In this document: in pieces, positions 28,633-41,624 of the stretch | Numbering within the stretch: the stretch's first letter is position 1 | Layout of the letters: each line of letters starts with the position of its first letter | From: the human T2T-CHM13v2.0 reference genome, Homo sapiens | NCBI RefSeq assembly: GCF_009914755.1 | Contig: NC_060938.1 | DNA: 64,000 nt | Direction: 5' to 3' (one strand) | Notes under the pieces: generated by a model | What the model was told of the DNA's origin: nothing | The model's database searches: none | What the model saw: only the letters and a program-made list of their open reading frames with translations | Program-made: the position numbers and the translations under genes

Positions 28633-29194
28633 TAGTCATTGCCACCATTTCAAGTTCCAGACTCCTCCAAGTATAACTGAACCTGCCGCCTTCAGAAACA
28701 GCATCATGATCGGCTGCTGCAGGTGAGCGAGGATGTTCAGAGCTCTGTCGGCTTGCTGGGGACAGAAAGAGCTTGGCAATTTACCGAGCGTCCTCACAAT
28801 CTTGCCTTGCAGCAGACTTCAGGACTGGCAGGACAGTCTCGCAGGGAATTCTTCTTCCCATTTCTCCAGGGGAGGCTTGCACACGTTACGGACCTTGGTC
28901 CCAGTCATGACTGGAAAGTCAGAGAGCCACAAGTGGATCTGGATAGACGCAAGTTAAGCTGATGAGTTTGTCTCTACCACAGGGGTACCTGCCTTTCCCC
29001 AGGATCAGCCCGATGGCAATTCTGGGCCCAAGCTCTCCCTCCTTGATCAGGTCCCAGTGGAAACAGCCCACATTGCCTCTCACTTTTACTTTTCAAGCTA
29101 TCTGACAGTTAAATCAGACGTGTCAGGAACCCATTCCAACTCTTTAAGAGTCTGCACAGCTCTGTGTCCTACTATCGGTCACTTAGCAATGCAT

Positions 29195-29606
29195 CGTTAT
29201 AGGGTGACTGGAATCACCCAAAAAAGTCATATGTTGAAGCCCTAAGCCCTAGTATCTCAGAATATGACCTTCCTTGGAGATGGGGTATTTAAAGAGGTAC
29301 TTAAGTTAAAATGAGGTCATTGGGGTGGCCCTACTGCAGTATGACTGCTGTCTTTATAAGAAGAGGAAATTTGGATGCAAATACATACAGAAGGAAGCCC
29401 AGGGGAAGACACAGGGCGAAGACAGCCATCTGCAAGCTAAGGAGGGAGGCTTGGAGCAGATCCTACTTCACAGCCCTCAGAAGGAACCAACCCTGCCAAC
29501 ACCTTGATCTCAGGCTTCTATCCTCCAGAACTGTAAGACAATGAATTTCTGCTTTTTAAGCCACGCAGGCTTGGAATTTTGTTATGATGGACCTACCAAT
29601 TATACA
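29195..29606 (+). mobile_element. MLT1B-like MaLR solo LTR
   Basis: AAGTTAAAATGAGGTCATT...CCCTCAGAAGGAACCAACCCTGCCAACACCTTGATCTCAG...TATACA; TSD TGCAT/TGCAG. Confidence 0.88.
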
Positions 29607-30055
29607 TGCAGCTCTCAGCAGACAACTTTGTTTTCCTTATTTCCAACATCTTGACACAGGGCCTCACTGTCCTGTACAAACTGTAATATCTAAAAAAAAA
29701 ATCCTCAAGAGAATGACATTAAGATAGTTCAGCTCCGCAAAATAAAATGCTATCCCAGGCTAAGTATTCTTTTTATCTTAACAACCACTAACAGGGCTGA
29801 ATGCACCTTCGCTAACTCCGGAAGCTTATCAAAGGTCTGTAGGTAAAGCTGAGTGTGAAGGCACTTCCAAAAGGGGTTTGGCCCATCTGAAGTTGAAGAG
29901 ACCAGCCTCACTCTGCTTCAGGGTCCTTCAGTCTCTTCAAAGAGAAAATGGAACTTTTCAGCATATAAATCCCAGGAAAGAGGGTGAACAAGCTAAAGCC
30001 CTTGAATTTGTTCCAAGGAGGATACTGTCTGTCTTAAAATTATAAGCCTATGTGT

Positions 30056-30335
30056 GTTTTGTTTGTTTGTTTGTTTTTGTTTTTGAGACAGGGTGTCACT
30101 CTGTCACCCGGGCTGGAGTACAGTGACATAATCTCAGCTCACTGCAACCTCCGCCTTCCGCCTCAGCCTCCCTAGTGGCTGGGACTACAGGCATGAGCCA
30201 CCATGCCCAGCTAATTTTTGCATTTTCTGTTAGAGACGGGGTTTTATCATGTTGCCCAGGCTGGTCTCGAATTCCGGGGTTCAAGTGATCCACACATCTC
30301 GGCCTCCTGAAGTGCTAGGATTACAGGCATATGAG
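30056..30335 (-). mobile_element. AluJ with internal deletion
   Basis: Antisense Alu; right arm shortened at CTCCGCCTTCCGCCTCAGCC. Confidence 0.9.
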
Positions 30336-30611
30336 TTTTTATGATAAAAATAATGCTTGCTTTTAGAAATTTTGGAAAATGTAGAAAATGCAGAAAAAAG
30401 AAGAAAATCGCCATAACTCTACCATGCTGAGACCACCTGTGTTTATATTTTTGTATATTTTTGCTTTGTTCTATATAGTTGTATTTCATAATTGGATGCA
30501 GTTATATACACAATTTTCATACTTTTTTAGTTATAAAGAATTCCTCCATGTTATTATAATCTCTCTTCAAACATCATTTTAAATGACTGTAAAATATCCC
30601 ATCAAGTTGAT

Positions 30612-30797
30612 CAGTTTTCTCAAATGCGAACTGCAGAACATCTGCATCAAAATTATATGTGGTATGTTAAAAATGCAGACTTTTGGATCTCACCCCAGAT
30701 CCATTAAATCAAAATCTCTAGGGGAGGAGGCTGGGAGTCTTCATCTTAGTAAGTTTCTCAAGCAACTCATGAACTTACGAAAGGTTGAAAACCACTA
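30612..30797. mobile_element. MER5-type hAT-Charlie MITE within L1ME relics
   Basis: CAGTTTTCTCAAA...AAAAATGCAGACTTTTGGATCTCACCCCAGA...GGTTGAAAACCACT. Confidence 0.75.
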
Positions 30798-31448
30798 AAA
30801 TTAGTGCAACCGTGGTTGTACATAACCTTATATGAAATGCTGGACATTTCGGTTGTTTCCAGTGTATTCTTTTATAAATAACTGTGTGTACAACATCTGT
30901 GTGCATAAAGCATCTTGCAAATTTTATAGCATTTCTTTAGGGTGGTTTCCCAGAAGTGATATTATGATGTCAAAGGTGTGAACCTGTTAAAGATGCTTGA
31001 TAAACACACAACACACCTGCACACACGTTTAACCACATGGTCTGCTCAGGTTCCAGGGAGAAGTGTGTTGCCAATTACTTATCTGTATAGCTCTTATTTT
31101 CCAGCTCTTTTCAACAGTGTTCTATCTTTATTGCTGAAAATAATGAGTCGGGTCACAATAAAGTAGGTAAGGAATGAGCAGACAGTCAATAAAATGTCCT
31201 TTAGTGATACAAGAAGACTCTGGCCTAACCCCATGCAAAACCAGAGCAGCAGATAGCCACAGGGACTCCAAGGACTCCAGACATCAAACAGAACTCCAAA
31301 GGACACAGTAGCACTCCATTGTACCCCTGTCCTACGTGCCACCGGGACAGTGCTCTCCTCAGTTCAAGGTCATCACCAACATTTGGAGGCAGCTGCACAG
31401 CAAGGATTCATGTGTAGGTAGGGGCTGGTCTCACCCTGCCCGACATAG

Positions 31449-31667
<219 letters not shown>

Positions 31668-32023
31668 TAACAAAGATCACAGCAGCAGACAGAATGTGGG
31701 GGCCCCAAAGAGGAAAATGGGCTCACAGAACCCTAATGTGCTCAGGGGAGGGCAGCTTCTAGATAGGGGGAGAGCTACAAAATGGAATGTTAAGTGCATA
31801 GCAAACACACTGTTCTTACTGTGTGTTGAAATGGCTTAGAGGAGAGGTAATCATATAGAGACATGGGCAACCAGTCTCCTTAGGGCAACCAGAACTCATT
31901 CATTTGTTTAACCAGTATTTATACAGCATTTATTATGCACTAGGCAGTGGTCTAAACGCTTTACAAATGTTAACTTATTCCATCCCCCCAACCAACATAT
32001 AAAGTATCATCACTCCCATTCTA

Positions 32024-32422
<399 letters not shown>

Positions 32423-32526
32423 TTAAATCCAAGTAGCCTAGCTCCAGAGTCCATGATTTTAGCCTTGGAAAGAAGGACTGAGAAGCATGAGAAACCAATA
32501 TACAGCAAGAAAGGTCAGTGGGTGAC

Positions 32527-32622
32527 CCCTGGACAGACGTCATCAGCCATGTCATTGAGTCTATCCTTGGGGGACTTTCACCTCACGCTATTTTCAATTC
32601 ATGCATCCCAAGATTAGGACAG
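32527..32622 (+). repeat. 96-bp dispersed duplicate, copy A
   Basis: Ungapped, 83/96 identical to 34098-34193 by hand alignment. Confidence 0.9.
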
Positions 32623-32777
32623 TTCATGAAACCAAAGTGGGTAAAGCTGAAGCCACAGAGTATATTCAAGTGTCATTTACAGCAGAGACTCTACCTGCTA
32701 ACCCTTACGCACCAGCACATATTAGAAAAATGAAGTTGTTCATTACAAACCATCCTTTCAACACTGGTCTCCACCTA

Positions 32778-32791
32778 CCCCCCCCCCCCCC
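32778..32791. repeat. C14 homopolymer
   Basis: Seen directly. Confidence 0.95.
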
Positions 32792-34097
32792 ACTCCAGCT
32801 GAGTGGGCACTACATTATGCAGCTGGTGCATGCAGTGGGTTGGCTGAGCATCTGGTATCTTCTGGAGCAGCACGGTAGATCTGCCTGTGAGAAAGCCCCA
32901 GACACCTGCACGCTCCAGGAATACATGCATACATGCATGGCCTGTGTGCAGCACTCCCCACGCCTCCCCAACCATCTGGGACAGCAGGGGCCACCCCCTT
33001 GGTCACCCTGCCTGCTGGCTTCAGGCTGTGGTGCCTAAGCCCCTGGGGCGCCTTCTCCCTAGTACAACAACTCCTCCCTTAGAGAACACCTCTGCCCCCC
33101 AAGGACTGCAAAATCCATCATCAGAATCCATCATCCCTCGCCTCCAAGGCCTTCCACCACTGCAACTAATTATCTGTGTTGTAAACTCCCATGTGGAAAC
33201 AATCTACAGGATTTTTCATCAGACCTGGCCGGCAGGCTAGCAGCTCACACGCCTGCCTGTAGACTGGAGCAAGCCAGCCTCCCCCTTTTAAACAAACACA
33301 TTAAGTTAATAATAACACGGACCAAGTTTGACAGCCACATTTACTAATTAATTCTCATTTGCTCCTTCTGTTAGGAAGGCGGGTAGGACTTGCCTGGTTT
33401 ACAGATGAATTAAGGCTGCAAACAGATTTCTCTTAAGGTGGCACCAAAAAATTTAACCTGGAGCCTTCCTCCCAGTCAGCCTTCTCCTCTTCCCTACCCC
33501 TTGGGTGATTCACTTTACCTAAGCTCCCCAAGGCAGTGTTCAGGATGGAGAAGATCCTAGTGGTGACCAGTCCCTGCCCCTTGACAGAGGTGTAGATGGC
33601 TCTTCACAGCACCCCCTTTCATTCACCTGGCCATGCAGATGCACGCGGGGACCTCAGCCATCGCATCATTCCATTCTCACCACCCTCCTCCAGGAGAGTT
33701 GGTTATGATCCCCATCTCCCACAGGGGTAACCACAGCTGAGAGGTCAAATGACACATCAAGATCAGTGGGCTCAGAAGCAGAAGGCCAAAAGCCCATTGT
33801 CTGCGGCCTTCCCCTTTACCTGGGGATGACTGGTTAGGAAATTTGTCCCAGGTGACGAAACAGCCAGCTTCAGGAAAACAGAATTCTCCATGCCTAGCCT
33901 TGGGCTCTGACCACAAAACCCACTCTGGCTCCTCACACCTATCTATAAAGGCCTCTGAGCTCTGGGCCTGAAGGAGCTCACCTCACCTGCTTGTGGGCTT
34001 CGGTGGAAGGACGGTGGATCCTTCTAGGAAGCTGCTTCTACTCTGCAACTTCTATTCCCTTAATCCAAATAAGAATGCTGTTGCCCAGGCTGGACAG

Positions 34098-34193
34098 CCC
34101 TGGACTAATGTCATCAGCCATGCCATTGAGTCTGTGCTTGGGGGACCTGCAGCCCACGCTATTTTCAGTTCATGCATTTCAAGATTAGGACAG
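34098..34193 (+). repeat. 96-bp dispersed duplicate, copy B
   Basis: Same orientation as copy A, offset by 1571 bp. Confidence 0.9.
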
Positions 34194-37100
34194 CTTGTTG
34201 GGATGTTCTCTGTCCACATGTCTTAAACTCACATCCTAGCTTCTCTCCCTTCTATTTCACTTACTGAGCATTTTCTACGCACCAAATGTTCTACTAGGAC
34301 CATCCATTAACATTTTAGATTATGTTTTCTTCTTGTAACAACCCTACAAGGCACGTATTATTCTTTTACAGTGCTGGTTTTACAGATGGGGAAACAAAGG
34401 CATAGAGAGCTTTCATTCCTCCTAAGGATTACGTGGCTGGCATGCAGCAGAAGTGCAATCCGCCTTCAGACTCTGAGTTTAAGGCTCTAGTCTCCAGCTG
34501 ATAGGAGGCACCTTTCCTAAGCTCTGTAGCTCTTACCCTCCCACTGCAGAGGGTGCTGAACTCTTGGGGCTAATGGCCCCACAGTCACATTTTTTCAATG
34601 GGTAATGGCCTGTACAGCTGGTGACAGCATGCGTCATTTCCCAAGAATACTCAGGGGCCTAGATGCAGAAACTGACACCCCCACCTCTACCCTGGCTACT
34701 GGGCAAGGGGCATCAGCTGACTCTGAGGGCTCAGAGCACCAGGCTTCTTGAGATTGTTCTAAAAAAAGAAAAAAAAAAAAAGGAAGTTCATTTGGCTTCC
34801 TGCTCAGTCTAGGACTGGCTAACCACGTCCCGCCTGGGATCAGCATGGTGGCCAGGACTTCATGAGTAATAAATAACACCACCAGGCTCTTCTTGAACCT
34901 AGATCCCCATAACCAACAACAGCAGCTGGTGTTTTCTGAGGGCCTCCCTAAAGACCCACAGCTCTGTGATAGACAAGACCTCATGTATCCCCATATGTCC
35001 TCATGAGCCAGGGGAAGAGGGGTGGCCAAAGGGACTCTCCTCCTTATTTTAAAGATGGAGACACTGGATCACAGAGGGGAGACAGGGCTTGCCAGAAGTG
35101 AGTGGCAAGACTGAAACAGGTTGCATTATCTGCCAGGATACCACAAGACCTCTCCACCCCTCTCCCGGGTCCATGAAAGAAAGAATACATTCCTAGGTCT
35201 CCCAAAGCAGCTGGACTGGAGCTGGCTCCACAGTAATTGTTTAAAGAAAAAGCAGTGGCCCTGATGGGAAGGAGTCTGATGGACGGGGTGAACACAGTTT
35301 GGCCATTATCTGCAGGCCCGCCTCCCTGTGAGCTGCCCTGCACCAAGATAACACAGCAGGCTGCGCTGGACACAACTGGCTGCTGTGGACTCCACCTTTC
35401 CTCCATGCTGGGTTCCAAACACAAGATAGCAAAGACACTGTTTGCCTAGAGAGCCTAGTTTTAACCCCAGGCTAGCTATGGCAAGGCCCAGCTGGGGGAT
35501 TTCTATCCTTCCCTGCCTCAGGTGGGGAAGGTCCACTGAGCAGAGAGCTTGCCAGGTGAGGCTGCCAGGTAAGAAGGCTCATCTCCCTGAGCAGAGGGGT
35601 GTAGCTGACTCCAGCCTCCTCAGAGGGTCTCCCCAGGCAGGACCTTGGGCTCGGGCTCTAGGAACCTCTTTGGAGATAGCCCAGATAGATGGGCAAGGTC
35701 CTGACAGGTTAGCCAGGGATCTCGATTCCCTCTTCCCTAATCCCAACTCCTAACTTCCAGTCCCTCCCCCTGACCCTTCCCCTCCACTGGCTTCTATCAC
35801 CCCCAGCTCACCCACAAGGTCTCCTCGTTCAGACCCATGCAGGCAGGCCCTAGGCCTCACTTTCCAACAGTTTCTTCTAGCCCAGGCCTGGTGACTGGCT
35901 TCTGCAGAGAATGTTAGGGCTGAAAGGACCCTAAAGAGCCACCCCTCTGCATTTTACACATGAAGAAACCATGACCCAGAGAGACCGCCACAGATCCAGG
36001 GCTACCATTTGGTAATGGCAGAGACAGACTGGTTTCCAGGAATTCCGGAAATGTTTGCTCCACCAACCTGCACACAGAAAGTCAAATGAAGGTAAGTTCA
36101 TCCATTTACAGATGAGCAAACTGATGCCCAGAGAGGTAAAGGGGCCTTCCCAAGGCTCACATTCACACTGTTTGTTAGTGTGATCTCTTAGATACAGACT
36201 AAATGGAGAGGCCCCTAATCCTATGGGTGACAGCTGATGCGCAGACAGCGTGATTTTGCAACCTCACTTAGTCGCCTGTTAACAAGTAGCTCTGAAAATC
36301 CTTCCGTAGGGCTGCCCTAAGTCCCTCCCATCTACAGGATGCTGCTACTCCTCGGAGGGGCACTGCCCCCAGGAGAGCTTCTCTGCATGGAGATTAATGC
36401 CCAAGTCAGAAAAGAAGCCGATGAATCTGGAAAAGAAAGAGGGCCAGACAGTCTTTCTATTTTAACATTTTTTTCAGATGGAGGAAATTCTAAATTATTC
36501 TAGTACCCAAACCACTAGTTGCCTGGAAGATGCCTGCTGATCCTTCAGTTGCAGGTACCTTGCTACTAGAAGGCCAGGTTTGCATTCCAGCTCAGCAGCT
36601 ACATGCATGTGGTCAAATTTCTTCACCCCTTTGAACCTGCATTTCCTCATTTGTCAAATAGGAATATTACCTCCCTTTCCCTGCCTCTTGGTGAGGTTGA
36701 AATTAGAAAATGGATGTAAAAGAATGCTCTGATTTGAAAATGTTCTGAAGACATATGCGATTACTCATTATGAATACAATATTCTCCTTTCTGTATTTGA
36801 GAAAGGCCCTTTGTTGGCCGGGGGTGGCGGAGGACTTAGGTAACTCAGCCAGGTTGCTCCCACCAGCCTGATTTAATGGACTCCTCTCTTAATCACCACA
36901 GCTTCTCTCTCCTTGTGCCTGACTCTTTCTGAGCTTTCTGAGCTTTGCAATCCCCAGCTCACCCCCCCAACACGCCCCCACAGTCCTTCTTCCCAACAGT
37001 TGCCAGCCCACCCTGGCCATAAACGGGTAGAACCCACAAGGGCTCTCAGGAAACAGCTTCGCCCTTGCCTTCTCCCACTCCCAGGTCCTCTCTGACCCAG

Positions 37101-37809
37101 AAGAAGCTCACATGTCCCCTTCTTTCCCCACAGTTGTGTCAGCAAAGTAAACTGGAGGCTGGTTGACCCCCAGTCTCTAAAGTAGGCCAGAGCCCCAGTG
37201 CTCTCAGGTGAATTCCAGGGCTTAGTATGGGAAGGTGGGAGGTGGGCTGGGGCCAGCCTGGTGGTACCAACCCCTGGGTACTTACAATCCTCTGAACCCC
37301 ACACTGAATCAGAGAGAGAGGCTGGGAGCTGGCATTTATTAATCCTCTATTCTATGCTGGGCACTTTGCCCACATTAGAGCTACTTCTCATAACCCATGG
37401 AGAGGGTTAGTATCCTCGTTTAACAGGTGAGGAGAAACAGGTTCCAAGATACTAAGAAACATACCCATAGTCACACAAGACTTCAGGGATGAACAGGAAT
37501 CCAAATCCAGGGTTCTCACCTCTAGGCTTGGGCATGGGTGTAGATCCCACACCCACAGTCACTTATTGAGTCTATATATATAGCAGGTTTACTGGAGTAG
37601 ATCAAAAGAAAAGAAAACATACAAATTCCCTAGACTTCTGGATTTTTTTAATCATGATCTCAAAATAAGTAGTGGAAGTGAATATTAAAACTAAAAATAG
37701 TTGCTGTTAAGGTAGATATCTTTAATATTATTGTGTTACTTTCTCAAAAAAAAGATTCCTTCCTAACCATTTCCTTTTCCCAAAGTGAACAGCTGCTGTA
37801 CATAAACAG

Positions 37810-38020
37810 TAGCCATTAGTATTCATTGACCACTCACTACGCACAAAGCCTTCTATGGGAATGCTCTCATGTAATCTGCCAACAGTCTATGCAGTAGGTT
37901 CTACTGTTATCTATTTTATAGATAAGGAAACTGAGATGCAAAAATATGGAGAGATTTGCCCCAGGTCACTGAGTTACAGACTTCGAACCCTGATGTTAGA
38001 GCCTGTACCCTGACCCATTA
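37810..38020 (-). mobile_element. MIR
   Basis: ATTTTATAGATAAGGAAACTGAGATGC...TTTGCCCCAGGTCAC. Confidence 0.75.
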
Positions 38021-38729
38021 AACTTAATATTCCCAGCTCTGGGATTTCCTGGACCAAGGTATGGAGCCTAACCCAATGAAGGTGTGTGTGCTAGTGCCAG
38101 AGAGTCAATACGCCTCAGTAACTATTGAGTGGAATGGAGTAAAGACAAGAATGAGTAGGGGGAAATGGATGACTTGCTGGGGGTCTTGGGAGTGACTCGA
38201 GCACTTGGAAGTGGGGCGGGCAGTAGGGGGAGGGTTGGCCTTAAGCAAGGAGTTCTGAATCCTTCTCACTGCCACCTAGGAGGGCACAATGGAGATGGGG
38301 GGCAGTTGCAGACAGCTTCAAGGGAGTCAGGCCCTCCCTGGACAAGCTGCAGCTCAGCCTCAACCCTCATCCCACCTGTCCTACCTGGGAGATGCTGACC
38401 TCCCAGGACAACACCTCCAGGGTGTCATCTCCACCCAACCAAGGTGGGGCTGGGAAACCAGATGTGCCTGCCACAGGTGGGGCTGAGGCCAAGAGGACAC
38501 CCATGGGAGGGAGCCCCAAACCCACAAGCGTTTGCTGAGCTTTGACACAGAAGGCAGCCAGGTGAGGCTGACAAGCTCTGCTCCAGGAGTCACCATCTAG
38601 GAATACCTCAGAAAGGACCATGGCTCCCACTTTCCTGCAGAGGAAAGCTTCCTGGAGTCCTCCAGTCTGCCCATTCTTCTCCTCTCTCCAAGTCCCCTTT
38701 CTGCCTTCCACTCCTACCCCCAACCATAA

Positions 38730-39293
<564 letters not shown>

Positions 39294-39839
39294 TGAGAGA
39301 TTAGATCCCCTGCCATGTTTCCAGAGCATATGCTGCCTTGGCCATGATTCGTAGACTCACTTACTTGCTTTTAATGTCCACCAGGGCATAGACTGTGTCT
39401 TTTTGGTTCATGACCCGACCCCTATTCCCTAGCACAGGACCTGGCACATGGCACTTGCTCTTCCACAGCTTCCAGGGCCTCAGACACAGCACAAGTCTGA
39501 CCCAATTTGTTTCAGGGAGGCTGAGGAATAGAGTGCAGGGGATTCTTGAATTCGCTTGAATATAGGACTACAAGGCTCTGTTGGAAATAGAAATCTTTTG
39601 TCAGATGCCCAGAGCCCCAGAGGCCAAGTGAGAGACAGAGTTGCCATGTCCACTGCTTTTCAGGTAAAATGCCCCCCAACTCCACGTGTGGAAAGCCTTG
39701 CATTTCAGCTCAAGCGTCCACTCAGCCAGCTTCTTGCAGGAAATCTGGGGGTGGGGATGGGGTGGGAGGTACAGGGAAAATCTCTAAGCCAAGCAGGCCT
39801 TGGCCAGCTGAAACCCAGCCTTGGTCCAGAAACCCATAC

Positions 39840-40260
39840 TGCCCTCCACCCACATAGCTACTCCACTCCCACCCCCACCCCCAGGGACCAGCCAGCAAGA
39901 ACCTAAGCTTGTATAAACAAGGCCACAGGAAAGCAAGACCCTTATCTGTTATCAGTTCTCTTTCTCCAGCTCAGCCACTTGGCTGGAACAGCAGCCGGGA
40001 GGTGGGAGCTGGCCAGACTCCTCCCCCTTCTCCTTTATCTTTCCTCCCTAGCCAGCTTCTCCTCCCCCGGAGGTGGCTCAGGCTCCCTGGGTCACTGCTT
40101 CCCGCCAGCTGGAGAAGGGAGGCAGCAGCTATCTTAACAACCTAAGTCAAGGCCGAGTCTCTGATTGTCTGTGCCGGGGAGGCTCCCTCCTCCATCCTTC
40201 CCTCCCTCCCTCCCTGGCTCCCTAGGGATGGGGTCACAGATGTGTTTATCTTGTTGGAGG
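39840..40260. promoter_or_regulatory. Candidate GATA/KLF/FOX enhancer
   Basis: Five minus-strand WGATAR sites (39942, 39949, 40035, 40129, 40246), CACCC boxes at about 39846-39881, FOX-like TATAAACA at 39912. Function inferred. Confidence 0.45.
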
Positions 40261-40937
40261 AGGTAGGGAGGGATGGTGGGCCCCAGTCTGTAAGTCAGTT
40301 GAAGGGTACAGAGTGACCACTAGGGTCCTAGGCTTTAGCTTTGACATCTAGGACAGGAGGGTTGCATTTTGGTCTTCATGATGTTCAGCTGTTTAGTTGG
40401 AACAAGACAGATGAGAGTTCATTAGGTGCAAGGTCTCCTCCTGCCCAAAAATTCTGTGACGACCAGATAGAAAGCTGCGGGGGAAGGTTATTGGCTGGGT
40501 GAGTCTGACTGTCTGACTCGTCTCCACTTTGGACTTCTAATTACATAAGCCTGGTACTGACCCAGAAAGAGGGGGCGGCTGGCTAATACTCCCCAGAATG
40601 TTATGTTACACCAGAAGCATTCCAGCCTGAAGGAAACCTGTGAGTCTAAGACTTCAGTTTTAATAAAATGAAAATATCTGAGCCACATCCCTAAAAAGAT
40701 AGATTTCTGTACCTCCCAGATCAACTGAAATGAAGATGGAGGAAAAGCCAAGTCTTCCTCCCTCACCCAGCCACATGCGCTTCCCTTCTCCCACCATATT
40801 CTAGGAGGTCCTTGGAGAAGGTCAAACAGGGAGAGTGGACTCCACTGTCACTGTCCCAAAGCAAGACAAATGAGGGTACCGAGGGGGTGGAGTACCTGGA
40901 ATTTACAACAATATAGCAAGATTCAAAACCTGGCTGA

Positions 40938-41108
40938 GACCTGGCGCTGTGGCTCATGCCTATAATCCCAGCACTTTAGGAGGCCAAGGCGGGTGAATTG
41001 CCTGAGGTCAGGAGTTCAAGACCAGCCTGGCCAACATGGTGAAACCCTGCCTCTGCTAAAAATACAAAAATTAGCCAGGCTTGGTGATGCATGCCTGTAA
41101 TCCCAGTT
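40938..41108 (+). mobile_element. 3'-truncated AluS
   Basis: Left arm plus start of right arm, ending abruptly at TGTAATCCCAGT; no tail. Confidence 0.92.
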
Positions 41109-41147
41109 AGTCTTCTCAAGACTCTTCCCTTGTGAAGCTTATATTGT

Positions 41148-41489
41148 ATTTTGGGTTTTTTTGTTTTGTTTTGCTTTTTTTGTTTGTTTGTTTGTTTGTT
41201 TGGAGAGACAGGGTCTTGTTCTGTCACCCAGGCTGGAGTGCAGTGCTACGATCATAGTTCACTGCAGCCTCCCTTCCTGGGCTCAAGCAATCCTCCCACC
41301 TCAGCCTCCTGAGTAGCTAGGACTATAGGCATGCACCACCGTGCCTAGCTAATTTTTTAAAAATTGTTTTGTAGAGACAGGGTCTCATTATGTTTTCCAG
41401 GGTGGTCTCAAACTCCTCGGCTCAAGCAGTCTTCCCACCTCAGCTTCCCAAAGTGTTGAGATTACAGGCGTGAGCCACCATGCCTAGCC
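41148..41489 (-). mobile_element. AluJ
   Basis: Antisense J-type dimer with (GTTT)n tail. Confidence 0.93.
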
Positions 41490-41624
41490 ATTATATTTTA
41501 TTCTTACATTTGTTTATAACTCCATCTCAAGACAGTTGTTCACCAACTGGATTTTGAGGTCTCTGTATCTTCCAAGAATTTAGGTCCCCCTAGCCTAAAA
41601 CAGTGCTGACTTAAGGACCCTTTG

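Noticed and set aside
32527-32622. Hammerhead ribozyme on the minus strand of copy A (GAAA-GTC...GAC-TC...CTGATGA)
   Set aside because: Stem I cannot form (AATGACATGG), stem II pairing is poor, and copy B has GCAG in place of GAAA.
32518-34226. Duplicated coding exons or mutually exclusive exons
   Set aside because: No shared GT/AG boundaries on either strand, and substitutions are not biased to third codon positions.
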